Shown one piece after another: positions 35,021 to 48,200 of a DNA stretch of 64,000 bases. This DNA is from Mayamaea pseudoterrestris (lineage: Eukaryota): assembly GCA_027923505.1 (NCBI GenBank), contig BROI01000006.1, forward strand, positions 1,116,001-1,180,000. The letters run 5' to 3'. Both the position numbers and the translations under genes were made by a program. How positions within the stretch are numbered: the first letter of the stretch is position 1; each line of letters starts with the position of its first letter. The notes under the pieces are model-generated. The model searched no databases. It was not told the origin of the DNA and was given only the letters and a program-made list of their open reading frames with translations.

Positions 35021-38000
35021 TTACTCGTTCAAAACTGACCCAGAACAATCTTCCACAAACTCCGTCAGAGCGCTGTAGAATGATTCGGACGGAGCACAAA
35101 ATTTTATTGCCAGTGCAGCATCACGGTCACTCTCGAGCTGTTCGATAGCAGATGCCATTTGATCGTCCAGAAATGGCATGCAGTACTTTAAAATATCAAC
35201 AGCTGCTCCAGCCGTGTCGCTGCTGGCAAAGTCGTTGCGATAGATATCACACACTTTTGGTAAAAAGATGGTTCGTTTAACTGGATCCACTCGAATGTTT
35301 TGTCGCAAATACTCAGCTGCTTGGTTATTCAATTGAATGTCCAAAAGACTAGGTACCAAGACGGGCACAGCGCGGGTGCATGCTCCATCGCCAGTGTTCA
35401 AAAGGAAGTTGATTCGAGGCGTGGTCTGCCCAAGTGCGTAGAACCTATAAGATTCAGATTTCCTGGGTGGGTCGACGGCCGGGAATTTAGTCGTTGTCGG
35501 ACGACTCATACTACCACGAATCACACACGTGTGGAGCTCTGCTAAGGAAAAGACATCTTTACCGATCTTCAACAGCAAGAGGGGTGAGAAGGGGCAGGAG
35601 CTCTTTTATTTACAGTACATTCCTCGACCAACTTACTTCGTAGCATGATGTTCGCAAAAAGTGGCCATAAGAACGTTTCGTCAAAGGACCGTTCAGTGAT
35701 AAAAGCAAGGCGTGCTGCAAGAGACAATGATAGATATTGACGAGGATGCAAAGTGCAGAAGTCGTCGATAGGTCCATGTCAGCTAAATTGAGATTGCGGA
35801 GCTGAGATGTCAGGTCCAAGAATGTTACAAGATCTTCTGGGTGCTGCTTTAAATGGTCCAGTGAAAATGACAAAGAGGAGGTAAGTAGATCCTCGACAAA
35901 GTGCTCTGGTTCTCCATCAATAACAGGAAGATCAAAGGCCATTTTGCGATTGTTGAGAATTGTGCGAGGCTTCATTCTACTTCCCGAAGCAATCTCGGCC
36001 CATTTTCCGCGTCCCAGCGATAAGCTCGCTTCAACGGAATCCTGGAAACCTTGCCAAAAGCGTGCTTGAGCAAGCTCTTTCGTTGACTTCGAGGAGGGAT
36101 GAAGAGAAAAGTTGGCTAACGCTTCGGATAGTTTGAGTTGAAACATGTGTCTGGATTCATTGTTTGCAAATGCCATATAGTGGCATGTCCACGCTGTATC
36201 GATTGCTAATATAGGGTATCCAGGCAAAGGAGTTAAAAAACTTGGTTCCAACAATCGTACAGCGTCAATGTCTTCAATAGGCAGCTCGAGGCAGGAGGTG
36301 TCGGTAAGCGGAGCGTAGAATGCCAAGCCGTTATCAGAAAGTCTACAGAGTTCCTCACGCCAGTGACTCTCCCATAGGCAGCGAGCAATAAGCGAATCAT
36401 ACACATTACCTCCATTTCTAGCAGGTTTCGGTTTAGCGCCAATCTGCACCGCTCCTCCAGTGAGAAAAAGGTCGCTCTGGATGGATTGCTGGCGCACTTG
36501 AAGTGTCAACAGCGCGTTAAAGTTGCTTGCGTATGACGAATCAGCAGGGACGCTTGACATCTTTGTCAACATGTTAGAGACTGTCCGACAAGACTGCTCT
36601 GGGCCAGAGAGCTCGCCGGCTATCATGTTAGGAAAATCATTCACGCTAAAAAGGCTATCACTTTTCTTAGTGGCCAAATGCAAGTCACTCAGTCCATTGT
36701 CAGCCTTCGAAGAGCTGAATTTTGGTTCTTTCGATGGGGGTTTCTTGGAGCGCGGCGCTATAATCGCTTTGCCTGCCTTCTTGCTGACACTAACAGTGCC
36801 TCTTGTCATCTTCACACCGGCCCGTACGGCAGATTTTCCAACCTTGGCGCCAGCATGGACTGTGCCCTTGGTCACTTTGACGCTGGCATCAATTGTGCCC
36901 TTACCTACCCGAACGCTTTGACGAACGGCCGATTTCCCTGTGGCCACAACCGTTTTACCCGTTTGCTTGGAGAGTTTGCCTACCAATTGAGCGGTTCGTT
37001 TCACTCGGTTTGATCCGGCTTGAAGATCAGACTGCTCGTTGCCATCGCCGATCGCCTCGTCCTCGTCGTCAGAATCGGGAATCCATTCAGCGCTGGATTC
37101 GCCCTCACCGACGGACACAGAAAACTGAGCCGACTCTGCCTCGTCGGCTTCGTTAAAACTTCCGTCAAAACTTATTCGAGCATCATCAAAGGATATGATA
37201 GAACGATCTAGCCTTGGCGACGAGGTCTCATCTTTTTGAGCCTGCGTTTCGGTAATCATGTTGACCTTCCGCGCCGATGAGACGCGGTTCCTCCATGTCA
37301 GACCAGCTCTCATGACTTGAGAAAGCTCGCGACCTGTACGAAGGCGCATGAACGGTTCTCGAAAGGTTCCTTCTTTGTCGTTCTGATTCAGCGATCCATC
37401 CTGAGGCGAAACGCGAATAACATACGATAGCTGACGGACTCGATCTGAACGATTCATCATCTCAACCCAAGCCGGCACATCCATGCGGTAGCCTTCACTA
37501 GAAAAATTCAACCAGGAGTAGTCGCCGTGTGTCGATCCTTCGGCTAATAGCTCCGCACTCGCTTGAGCGACTGCTGGAAGGGTCGGAATAGGTTCAGACG
37601 CTCGAAATAACAGTGGCCGCAGCCATCCACTCTTTCCTAGTGGCAGATCATCGCCTAAATATTCCTCCTCTAAATCATCACAACCGTCTGGCTTCATATG
37701 TTGTCCGCTATGAGGCGAATACAGACCGAGCAGTCGTCCTGCAATAACACGACGGTCAGCGACAAAACACAGCCCTTTGGTAAATTATGCTTGAGCTACA
37801 CTTACCTCCGTATCGAGCTGATCCCGTTGGTGCAACACCCACTTGATATTTTGGCCACTTCTTGGAAACTATGCGGAACGTTCCGCCGAACGTAAGTAGG
37901 GAAGACTGCGTGTCATTCGATCTCATTTCATCACCATCCTGGTCGCCAAAGTCGTCGCAAGTTTGAACGACAAAGTAGGCGCTTTTGGAAAGATGCGACC

Positions 38001-39885
38001 ATTTCAACCACCAACCCTTGTGAACAGTCAAGTATCGCGTTTCATTACCATTTGACTTTGATTTTCCGTCATGCCGTCCATGGAAGTGCAGTTTGAATAT
38101 GACAGTATCTCCATTTTTTATGAGTGGCGAACCCACAGCCTTTGATCGAGCCTTGGCAATTTTTACTATTGTGATCGTAGCCGGTGACGAGGAAGAGCTC
38201 GCATCTTGTAGCACAACACACTCAGCTGCATACGTGATGAAGTCGCTCGGGTCATCCATCTCTTGGTTCAAAACAACCTCGCGTAGATTGACAGCGTCGC
38301 CACTGCGAACGTATATCCCTTCGCCAAGTTCCGCCACGTCTTCCTCCTCAGCAATCTTTTCCTCGACTAGTTTTTCGTTCGCTTGATCTTCAGAAAACTG
38401 GCTAGTGATAAAGACTGGTAGATCAAGCTCGCTCTCTCGTCGCGCAAGTAGACTGCAACCCTGTTGTTGCTGCATCCACTGGTTAGCGGCAGGCCCTAAA
38501 CCACTCTCAGCTGAGTTGCACATTTCAATCTCAACAATCTGTTTCATGTCCTGCTTGTAATGCTTCTCTGTTCCGCGCTCTTCGGGAATCTCGTACAGCG
38601 TCAATGTTATCGGCTGCAGTCCAATCACGTTGCTGAGCTGAAAGGGTCGAATACCTGGAAGATTAATGCACCGCCAATCCAGAAAGTCCACATAAGCGCT
38701 CCACAGTGACAACGTATAAATGTGATCAAGCTTCCAGTCAATTTGCAGACCCTTGCGTCGCTGCTTGTAGAGCTCCAAATCCTCCACAATTTCTTCCCCA
38801 AGTTTCGGAACAGGCTCTCCCAGTGGCGTCATGACGACGCGGTTCATACCCTCCTCGACGGGAAAGGCCATGTGCGGCTTTTCCTCCTTTTCATTGTCAG
38901 AAGATGACGCACCCTGCAAGCTGTAATGAAAATTGTTGTTTGTTGTTTTGATAAAGGCCATGGCCGCCCCAACAAAGGCGCGCTGAATGATTCCCATTTT
39001 GACTGGTTCACTCAGCTCGCAGGCAAAGTAGACGCGGCCCGTCGGAACCTTTTTCAGACGAATTTGAAACTGAAACTCAAAGCGACGCTGCTTGTCGCGC
39101 AAGTAATTGGATGTTGCCAGTGTTTCTGGAGTGGAAGCGGCGGACGGATCATCGCAGTCGGGTGTTCGAACAAGAAGCATCATCTCACCCGTAAAATAGT
39201 CAGTTTCAAGCTTGTAGGAAGTGTGTGTATTAGGAATGATACGCTGCATGGGCCCGCAGTCAATGACGAAGAAATTTTCCAACGCCGGATGCGGCATGAA
39301 CGGAATGGGTTCACTTTCAGGCGCCTCCAGGTCCAGGGTAGTGTCTGGCGTTTCTCCGTTATCTACTGGACTTTTGATTGCTGCTGGTAGTTTGTCAGGC
39401 TCTTGATCCTGTTCTTCGAAAGACTTCCGGTGATAGTAGTCGCCAATCACAAGGATGAAGATACTAGTCACCCACGCCACTGCTGTATACTCGAGCAATT
39501 TTCGCACAAGCCATGCATATTGGTTACTATATGTTCCAAATAGATAAGCTGCGCCGATGAGTAACAGATATCGCAGACGTCCTTCCAATATGAAAACAAT
39601 CCATGCGTAGCTGTTGGGTGGTGGATTGCTGGCCGTGAATCTTCTCGTCAAGATTCCAGTACACGAAGACGTACTTTTCCGTATTACTAATCCACTCGTA
39701 TCTGTTGAATCTGATTCTGCATCCGAGTTTGCGTTGGGTAGGTGAGCATTGGTCCCAATCACTCCAAAGTGATTGGAATGGTTGCGCTTGAATCCCAATC
39801 GACGGCCGACGCCACGGACTGGACGTCCAACGGCTGATAGAACCTTGCGTGTCTTGCTCTTGGTTCGTTCAGGCATTTCGGGCAT
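35021..39885 (-). CDS. Large membrane-anchored protein (~1575 aa) with DUF1769-like, PH-like and C-terminal DUF547-like regions; exons 39885-37806, 37738-35637, 35566-35021
   Basis: Three ORFs join in frame through GT-AG introns (4728 nt). ETDYFTGEMMLLVR...KQRRFEFQFQ resembles DUF1769; LVNIYHCLLQHA...YE|IGKDVFSLAEL...PRINFLLN...LPKVCDIYRNDF resembles DUF547. Confidence 0.75.
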
Positions 39886-40348
39886 GTTTTATTTAGAGTT
39901 ACAGATGAGCAAGGGAGAGTCGTTGCGCCGATGCCTGCGACAAATCGGAGACGCTTTCGTCATGGTGGAGAGAAGATTGCGATGGGCGAAGGTCATCGTG
40001 ACGGTCATTGCTCGACTTGAAGTTCTACGGCACTATAGGATTGAAAGTAGATGATATCTTCAACATTCGTAGAAGTGAAAAGCTTCTTGTTATGCCTTCT
40101 CCGAAGCAAGCTGCGGGCAACGAACAGAAATTTGTTTGGAAAGGGCTGGTGGAAACGCCGTTCCGTCCTCGTCAAAATCGGTCTCATCTCCAAACAATCG
40201 AGGTGCGCTACCCGAGTGCGATACGGACAACACTCTGCATTGGATCCGCTTCTTGTCCAAAGTTCCTTCATCGCCTGCTCGCCTCGCGGCAGAACTCGCT
40301 CGAAACTCGTGCCGACGAGTTGCATCAGCAGGTTCTGCGTACGTAACC

Positions 40349-40558
40349 AGGCAATAGTACGAAACAAGTGCCAGTGATAACAACGTCATGAGGCAATACT
40401 GTGAAACGAGTGCCAGTGATAACTACGTCACGAGGCAATAATGTAAAACAAGTGCCAGTGATAACTACGTCACAAGGCAATACTGTAAAACGAGTGCCAG
40501 TGAAAACTACGTCATAAGGCAATACTATAAAACGAGTGCCAGTGAAAAGTACATCACG
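40349..40558. repeat. Family-A 42-bp tandem array, 5 units, between the divergent DUF1769-like and FTHFS genes
   Basis: ggcaata...aaac(g/a)agtgccagtga(t/a)aactacgtca repeated with a 42-bp period. Confidence 0.95.
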
Positions 40559-40944
40559 ATCCTCTAGTGTCTGCTTTACTGTACTCGTCCTTTGACAATG
40601 CTTACAAGATCACCAGGCCGTTTGACAAGGAAGTAATCATCCCGTCTCCTTTCCCTATTATTTCTTGTGACAGTGACAATAGTGTGAACATGATGAAGGC
40701 ACCTGAAGTGTAATTTCTAAGGAGATTCCCCGCGACTGTAATTAGAAACGGTGCGACTTTGACAGTCACGTTCCTCGTCGAAACGTCAGTCGGCGTGGAA
40801 CGATCTTTGGTTCGACCATGGCCGACGAACATGTTGGATTTGGAGCGCATTCTATGGACATTCCAAGCAAATTAAATATTGTACGAATCAATAATCCTGT
40901 CGCTTTCCAACTTTGCGAGAAAATTTCTCGGCATTAGGGGAAGA

Positions 40945-43207
40945 ATGACGTCGGAGAAGATGAATGCCCTTGGATATGCACTGCTGCAACCCCAGACGCC
41001 AGTACCTTCCGACATTGACGTGAGTCAATCCATTGTTAAGGAAGTTGGACTATTGTCAATGGAAGATTTAGCAAAGCAGTAAGTGTGACGGTTTGATGTG
41101 ATGTCATGGCGTCGTCTGATGATCTCATTGCCCTTTCGTTTCGTAATTCGAAAGAATCGGTTTGGCAGCGAACGAAATCATTCCATGGGGAACCGCCAAG
41201 GCCAAGATTCCTTTATCTGTCTTGTCCAAGCGTCAAGACAATCCAAGTGGTAATTATGTCGTCGTGACTGGTATTTCTCCGACTCCGTTGGGCGAAGGCA
41301 AGTCGACGACGACGATTGGATTGGCGCAGGCGCTTGGGGCTGTCTTAGGAAGAACCACGGTCGCATGCATTCGACAGCCATCCCAGGGACCAACCTTTGG
41401 CATCAAGGGAGGCGCGGCTGGGGGAGGATATAGTCAAGTGGTGCCCATGGAGGAGTTTAATCTACACTTGACTGGCGACATTCATGCCGTCACGGCTGCC
41501 AATAACTTGCTGGCCGCGGCGATTGAATCGCGCATGTTTCATGAGTGCGGACAGTCGGACGAGTTGCTGTTCAAGCGACTCTGCCCCAAGAATGAATTTT
41601 CACCAGTCATGAAGCGGCGACTACTCAAGCTTGGCATTATTCATAGCTTGGACGACGACAAGACACCATCCGAGTTGACTTTGGAGGAGCGCGGTCGATT
41701 CGCTCGCCTTGACGTTGATCCATCCAGTGTCACGTGGCAACGCGTCTTGGATACTTGCGATCGACACTTAAGGGTCGTGGATGTTGGAGTTGGCCCGCAG
41801 GAGACGGTCAAGAGTAAGGACGATCCCACCCAGCGCGTGCAACACTCGCGACGAACTGGCTTTGACATTACAGTGGCATCCGAAGTCATGGCGGCACTGG
41901 CGCTCGCCAAGGATTTGCCGGATTTGCGAGAAAAGCTAGGAAGCGTTGTGATTGGATACTCGCGGGCGACGAAGGAGCCCATTACTGCCGACGATCTAGG
42001 AGTGGGTGGTGCCATGACGGTGCTCATGAAGGATGCAATCATGCCAACATTGATGCAGACGGTGGAGCGGACTCCGGTTCTTGTGCATGCTGGACCTTTT
42101 GTAAGTATTACCAGGATGCATGTGTTGCCTGGATGTTTGTATCGCATTGACAGTGTCTAGACACCTCAAGATCCCTCGCTCATCGCCTCATTGTGTATTA
42201 TTGAACTAACTTTTTGCAGGCGAACATTGCCATTGGCAACTCCTCCATAATCGCTGACGTGATTGCGCTCAAGACTGTCGGGCCGGACGGCTTTTGCGTC
42301 ACGGAAGCAGGCTTTGGAGCTGACATTGGAATGGAGTGAGTATTGTGGCAAAGCATGACTCATTAATTGATTCAAAATATGTCCGTAATCTTTGCTCACT
42401 AACCATCTCTATTTTTGTTTCAGAAAATTCTTCAACATCAAGTGCCGCGCCTCTGCTTTGAAACCAAAGTGCGCCGTGATTGTGGCGACTGTGCGAGCTT
42501 TGAAGATGCATGGTGGCGGACCACTGGTGGCAGCCGGCAAGCCACTAGCCCGCGAATATCGCGAAGAAAATGTCGACTTGGCTACTGCTGGCACCTGCAA
42601 TTTGGTGCGCCACATTGAGAATGCAAAGAGGTTTGGAGTGAATGTTGTCGTAGCTGTGAACCAGTTCCAGTCGGACACAATGGCAGAGATTGACGCTGTC
42701 AAGGCGGCGGCACTGGGAGCTGGTGCGTTTGACGCGGTTGTGTCAAATCACTGGGCGGAGGGTGGGGCGGGCGCCAAGAAACTCGCCGAGGCGGTGGTCA
42801 AGGCCTGCGAAGCGAATGATGCCGACAATTTCCGATTTCTTTATGACACTGCAAGTCTGACGATTCAAGAGAAGATTGAATGCATCTGCAAGGAAATCTA
42901 TCGAGCAGACGGAGTCGACTACTCGGAGGTGTCCTTGCAGCAGATCAAGCAGTACGATGACGCTGGCTTTAGCCATTTGCCAATTTGCATTGCCAAGACG
43001 CAGTATTCCTTTAGCTGTGATGCATCCGCCAAGGGCGCACCGACGGGATTTCGCGTGCCGGTCCGGGAGGTTCGACTCTGTGCAGGCGCCGGTTTCTTGT
43101 ATCCACTTTGCGGCGAAATAATGACGGTTCCAGGTCTTTCAACGCGACCAGGCTTTTACGATGTGGATATCAATTTGGATACGGGTGACGTGATTGGACT
43201 GTTTTAA
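40945..43207 (+). CDS. FTHFS: Formate--tetrahydrofolate ligase; exons 40945-41078, 41155-42100, 42220-42335, 42424-43207
   Basis: [75 protein letters not shown]; three GT-AG introns. Confidence 0.96.
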
Positions 43208-43418
43208 ATCTTGCGCGGTGTAAAGTTACATCAAGCTATAGTTGTTGTAGGCTAACACATTCGCTGGGCGGGGAGGTCAATGATTTTGCGCGCTCCGCGC
43301 GCACAAACACTGCCAAACGTAACGAAATAGATTCAATAGCTAACACGGTCATTGTGTGGGGTCATTGCATGGGGTCATTGCATTCGCCCAAAGCTTGACG
43401 TCATCCGTGTCGCAGTCC

Positions 43419-44963
43419 CACCAATCTCAGCCCGCAGATGCCATGACATTCAAACGCCCCTACAGCAGGCCCTGTAGGTGCCCAAATTACACCAGAATGG
43501 TGCCAACATCATTTTTCAGGCTGCGCTACAAGATACTATGCCTGGCTGGTGTCTCAGGGGATGGCAATGTATTTGGTGACAACTTGTCACCAGTCTCAGC
43601 CTGCAGATGCCATGACATTCAAACGCCCCTACAGCAGGCCCTGTAGGTGTCCAAATTACACCAGAATGGTGCCAACATCATTTTTGAGGCTGCGCTACAT
43701 GATGGTAAGACTGGCTGATGTCTCAGGGGATGGCAATGTATTTGGTGACAACTTGTCACCAGTCTCAGCCTGCAGATGCCGTGACATTCAAATGTCCCTA
43801 ACACAAGCCCTGTAGGTGCCCAAATGACACCTGAATGGTGCCAATATCATTATTTAGGCTGCGCTACAAGATGATATGCCTGGCTGGTGTCTCAGGGGAT
43901 GGCAATGTATTTGGTGACAACTTGTCACCAATCTCAGCCCGCAGATGCCATGACATTCAAACGCCCCTACAGCAGGCCCTGTAGGTGCCCAAATTACACC
44001 AGAATGGTGCCAACATTAATTTTGAGGCTGCACTACAAGATGGTAAGATTGGCTAGCGTCTTAGGTGATGGCAATGTTTTTGGTGACAACTTGTCACCAG
44101 TCTCAGCCCGCAGCAGCCGTGACATTCAAACGCTCCTAACGCAAGCCCTGTAGGTGCCCAATTTACACCAGAATGGTGCCAACATCATTATTCAGTATGC
44201 GCTAAAAGACGATATGCCTGGCTGGTGTCTCAGGGGATGGCAATGTATTTGGTGACAACTTGTCACCAATCTCAGCCCGCAGATGCCATGACATTCAAAC
44301 GCCCCTACAGCAGGCCCTGTAGGTTTCCAATTTACACCAGAATGGTGCCAACATCATTTTTCAGTCTGCGCTACAAGACGATATGCCTGGCTGGTGTCTC
44401 AGGGGATGGCAATGTATTTGATGACAACTTGTCACCAATCTCAGCCTGCAGATGCCATGACATTCAAATGCCCCTACAGCAGGCCCTGTGGGTGCCCAAA
44501 TTACACCAGAATGGTGCCAACATCTTTTTTCAGGCTGCGCTACAAGATGATATGCCTGGCTGGTGTCTCAGGAGATGTCAATGTATTTGGTGACAACTTG
44601 TCACCAGTCTCAGCCCCGCAGATGCCATGACATTCAAATGCCCCTACAGCAGGCCCTGCAGGTGCCCAAATTACACCAGAATGGTGCCAATATCATTATA
44701 TAGGCTGCGCAACAAGATGGTAGGCGTGGATGGCGTCTTGAGGGATGGCAATGTATTTGGTGACAACTTGTCACCAATTACAGCCCGCAGATGCCATGAC
44801 ATTCAAACACCCCTAACGCAAGCCCTGTAGGTGCCCAAATTACACTAGAATGGTGCCAACATCATTTTGCAGTCTGCGCTACAATCTGGTAAGATTGGCT
44901 GGTGTCTCAGGGGATGGCAATGTGTTTGGTGACAACTTGTCACCAGTCTCAGCCTGCAGATGC
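43419..44963. repeat. 169-bp tandem satellite, ~9 units, each with the palindrome tggtgacaa-c-ttgtcacca
   Basis: Recurring ORF starts 169 or 338 bp apart (43549, 43887, 44225, 44394); the array stops at the copia LTR at 44965. Confidence 0.95.
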
Positions 44964-45293
44964 TTGTAACTTGTAAATCAAATCGTTGCACCTTTCGCTT
45001 GTAGCTGTCCTTGGATGGCCAATCCAAGCTTGCAGTTGCTACAATACGAGAGACGAATAAATCGCTTTCTTAACTCTTCAAGCTTAGTAAGTCTGCTTGT
45101 TTCTACTCTATATCGCACTAGTTTCAGCAATATACTCGTTGAATCGCTTCGAAGCCGTCGCTGCCACGCATCACGCGATCGTGAGGCTGTGGTGAGCCGC
45201 GAGTGCCGCTGTGTCACCCTATCGGACATTCGGTGTGACTTGCCCGATTTTCGCTGTTTTCGTTCGCATCCTGCAACTCCCCTCAAGTCATAC

Positions 45294-48200
45294 CTAATAG
45301 TTAGATTCCTTGAAGAGCAGGTTCTTTAAGTGCTTGCTTGCCGTAGCCCGTGGAAGAAACTTGGTAAGTACATCCGCCGGGTTTGTCGTTCCCATGATGT
45401 GGTTGAAATTAATAATTCCCGCCGCAATCGCTTCGCGTACACGGTGAAATGCCAGTGCATTGTGTCGCTTCGTCAGACTAGAGTGCGGTAGGTTGCTGCT
45501 TTGCGTTACCGACTTGTTGTCTCCAAACATCCATGAAGGTCCGTCGAGCGGAACTCCCAACATGCGTAGCGTGAAGCGAAGATCCATGATCTGCTCCGTG
45601 CTCACTCTCGCTGCTACAAACTCCGAGCCGTACGTCGCCGTCTCGACCGTCGCTTGGCGTTTCGAAAACCAATCAACGACTGTTCCATTCAACATGTGTA
45701 GCATGCCCATCGCTGCCCGTCCCGTCGTGTAATCGTGGTACAGGTTCGCATCTTCGAACGTTGACATTCGCACCGCCTTGCCGCGCGGCGTGGGCATGTT
45801 CCACGGAAGCTCTTCGCAGATCTTGCCGTACACACTGTAATCCCAATCCATCTTGTCAACTGTCGCGTATCGCTCGTCCGTTGGAATCGAAACGTTGAAT
45901 CGAATCGCTCCATCCGGGTATCTTCGTAAGTATCCGCAAATATGCTTCAACCGTTCCAAGTGCCCCGCTCGTGGCGCAGCTCGGAATCTCCCCATAGTCA
46001 TGACAGCACAGTGAATGTCGAATCGACATAAACTTACTGCCCATTGCAACGCACCAATTATCGATTGATACTTCGCAATTCCGTCGTCGTCAAGTTCTTT
46101 CGTTTCGTCGAGTTCCGGATGATCGCCGTCGCGTAGTGGACTTGTCTGCGGTCGCGGTTCCTCGCCGAACATTTCTTTGTAGTTCGCTAGTAGTCTTGTG
46201 ACGTACTTCTTCGCTCCGAAGCAGAGTACGCCGTCGTCGTCTCGCCAAACGTCTGCGCCCAAATGATATGCCAATGGACCGACGCCCTTCAACTTGTAGT
46301 TGTAGTTCTCAATTAAAAGATCCGTTAGTTCCTTCGGATTCTTCATCGCTATCGCTAAATCGTCGACATACACACAAACGTATTCGTAGTGCGTGCCTTT
46401 ATCGCGCATCCACACGTCCGGTTCTGCGATACACGGCATGAAGCCAATGTCGCGGAGCGTGTCTGCAAAGTGCTCGTGCCAGCGTGCGCCTGACGTGCGA
46501 AGACCGTATAATGCCTTCACGATCGTGAGCGTGTGACCCTCGAGCTCCCCGAACTCCGGACCTGCCACGATATAAACCTTCTCTTTCGTTTTCGCTTCCA
46601 AGTATGCGTTGCCGACGTCAGCTGCCCACAGTTCCAGACCGTTGAGTTCCGCTAACATCGCTACCATTCGTAGACTTCGCAATGACACAACGCCCGAGTA
46701 AACTGAATCCTTCGGCGGCTCTGTCATATGTCCTCCTGCAACGAGTCGTGCTTTCCGTCGCAAATCGTGCTTGACATCGAATATCATGTGCACGTTTATT
46801 CGTTTCCACGGCGCCGGCATAACCTTACCGACTCCTTGATCTGCGAACGTGTCGTAATCATTTATCTGATTTAATTCCGTTCGAATCGCATCCGTCCACA
46901 GCGTGTTGCCGTTGATCTCGTCGAGAGCTTTCGCATCTTTATAATTGCGCGGCAACCTTACGCCGAATTTGTAGCGTACGCCGTTTGCTTTCGATTTTCG
47001 TTTCGCCGCTGTTACCATCTGTCGAAACTTCTTTCGCTTCCGAGTGTAATGCTCCAGCTGCTTCCATCCTGGCTTGTCGAGTAAGCCGTGCTTGAGTCCA
47101 TACTCTGCGATCGTTATCGGATCGTCCTTCTTCATGATCGCGAGAGGCTCCCACGTCGTCGTTCCGTCAGTCCATTCGACGAGAACGTTACTTGAACTTC
47201 CTTTGTATGTCGGATCGTTCGGTTTCAAATTAAGCTCGTGTCCGATTACCTTCGTGAATACCCACTGAGTCGCCGGATCGTTTCGTATATCTTCGTCCAT
47301 CTGTCGTTCGATTAAATCCGACAGTTCGTTGTAACTTATTAAGTCTTTCGCTGGCTCCTCTCCCATTTGGATTAGGAAACCTTTCGTCGTTTCGAGTAGC
47401 TCGTTATCGCGTACTTCGATATATTCGCATACAGTCGCTCGCATTTTCTGACCGTTTTCGTGTTCCCTTACGAACGTGCGTCCGATGAGTTCGCTTGGAG
47501 AGAACAGAGGGCATTTATTCCCTGATTCTTGCTCAGCCCTTCTGAAGAACTTCGCTGGTACGTTGGCGTGGTTCGCCATCGGAATTGTTTCGTCGTCGTT
47601 TCCTTCGTAGTTGTCGTGACTACTTTCTGTCACATGCGTGCTATGGTAGCGTCCTGTCGCGAGATCTGGAGTTTCAAAATTTCGCTCGCTTGCGCGTGTA
47701 GCTTCTTCAGAAATCTCCCCTCCAGACTCAGGGAAGGAAGGCAACTCTCGTGGTAACAAGTAGCTGCGCGAGACCACGTTGGAGCGCGGAATCGCCTGAA
47801 GCGTGTCGTCCGTCAGAACGAGAAAAGTCATGTGCGGACCGCTATTCTCTGCGATGCCCACGAATCGGCCGTTGCCAGATCGTACCGCCGAGGGAAAGCT
47901 CCCCTGCGCCTCAAACGTGACCGGTTCCCACCACTTGAAATGTAACAAAGGCGAAATATCCGGCAGATTTCCGAACGCAACTTCCGTTGGCGTGCGCCAT
48001 CCCAGCGATTTCGTCGCGAGGACGTTCAGTATCATGATTACGAATTTAATCAGCAAAACCCAGCAATGGCCTGGCGAACCCGAATCTCGTTGGAGGTTCT
48101 CCATCATTGGCTTAATGTGCGACGTGTGACGTTCGCATGGATTTTGTTCTGGATGACCCGGTTCTGTGGTCACTTGAGGAATATTGTACATCCGACAGAG

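Noticed and set aside
20625..40558. 42-bp arrays as CRISPR arrays
   Set aside because: Units are contiguous degenerate copies without unique spacers, there are no cas genes, and the context is eukaryotic.
43356..45027. Repeated short ORFs (MSQGMAMYLVTTCHQ...) in the satellite
   Set aside because: The 169-bp unit is not a multiple of 3; the ORFs are by-products of the repeat.
44978..45329. ORFs inside the LTRs (also at 51.2-51.9 kb and 57.8-58.1 kb)
   Set aside because: They lie within non-coding LTRs, mostly use non-ATG starts and show no motifs.
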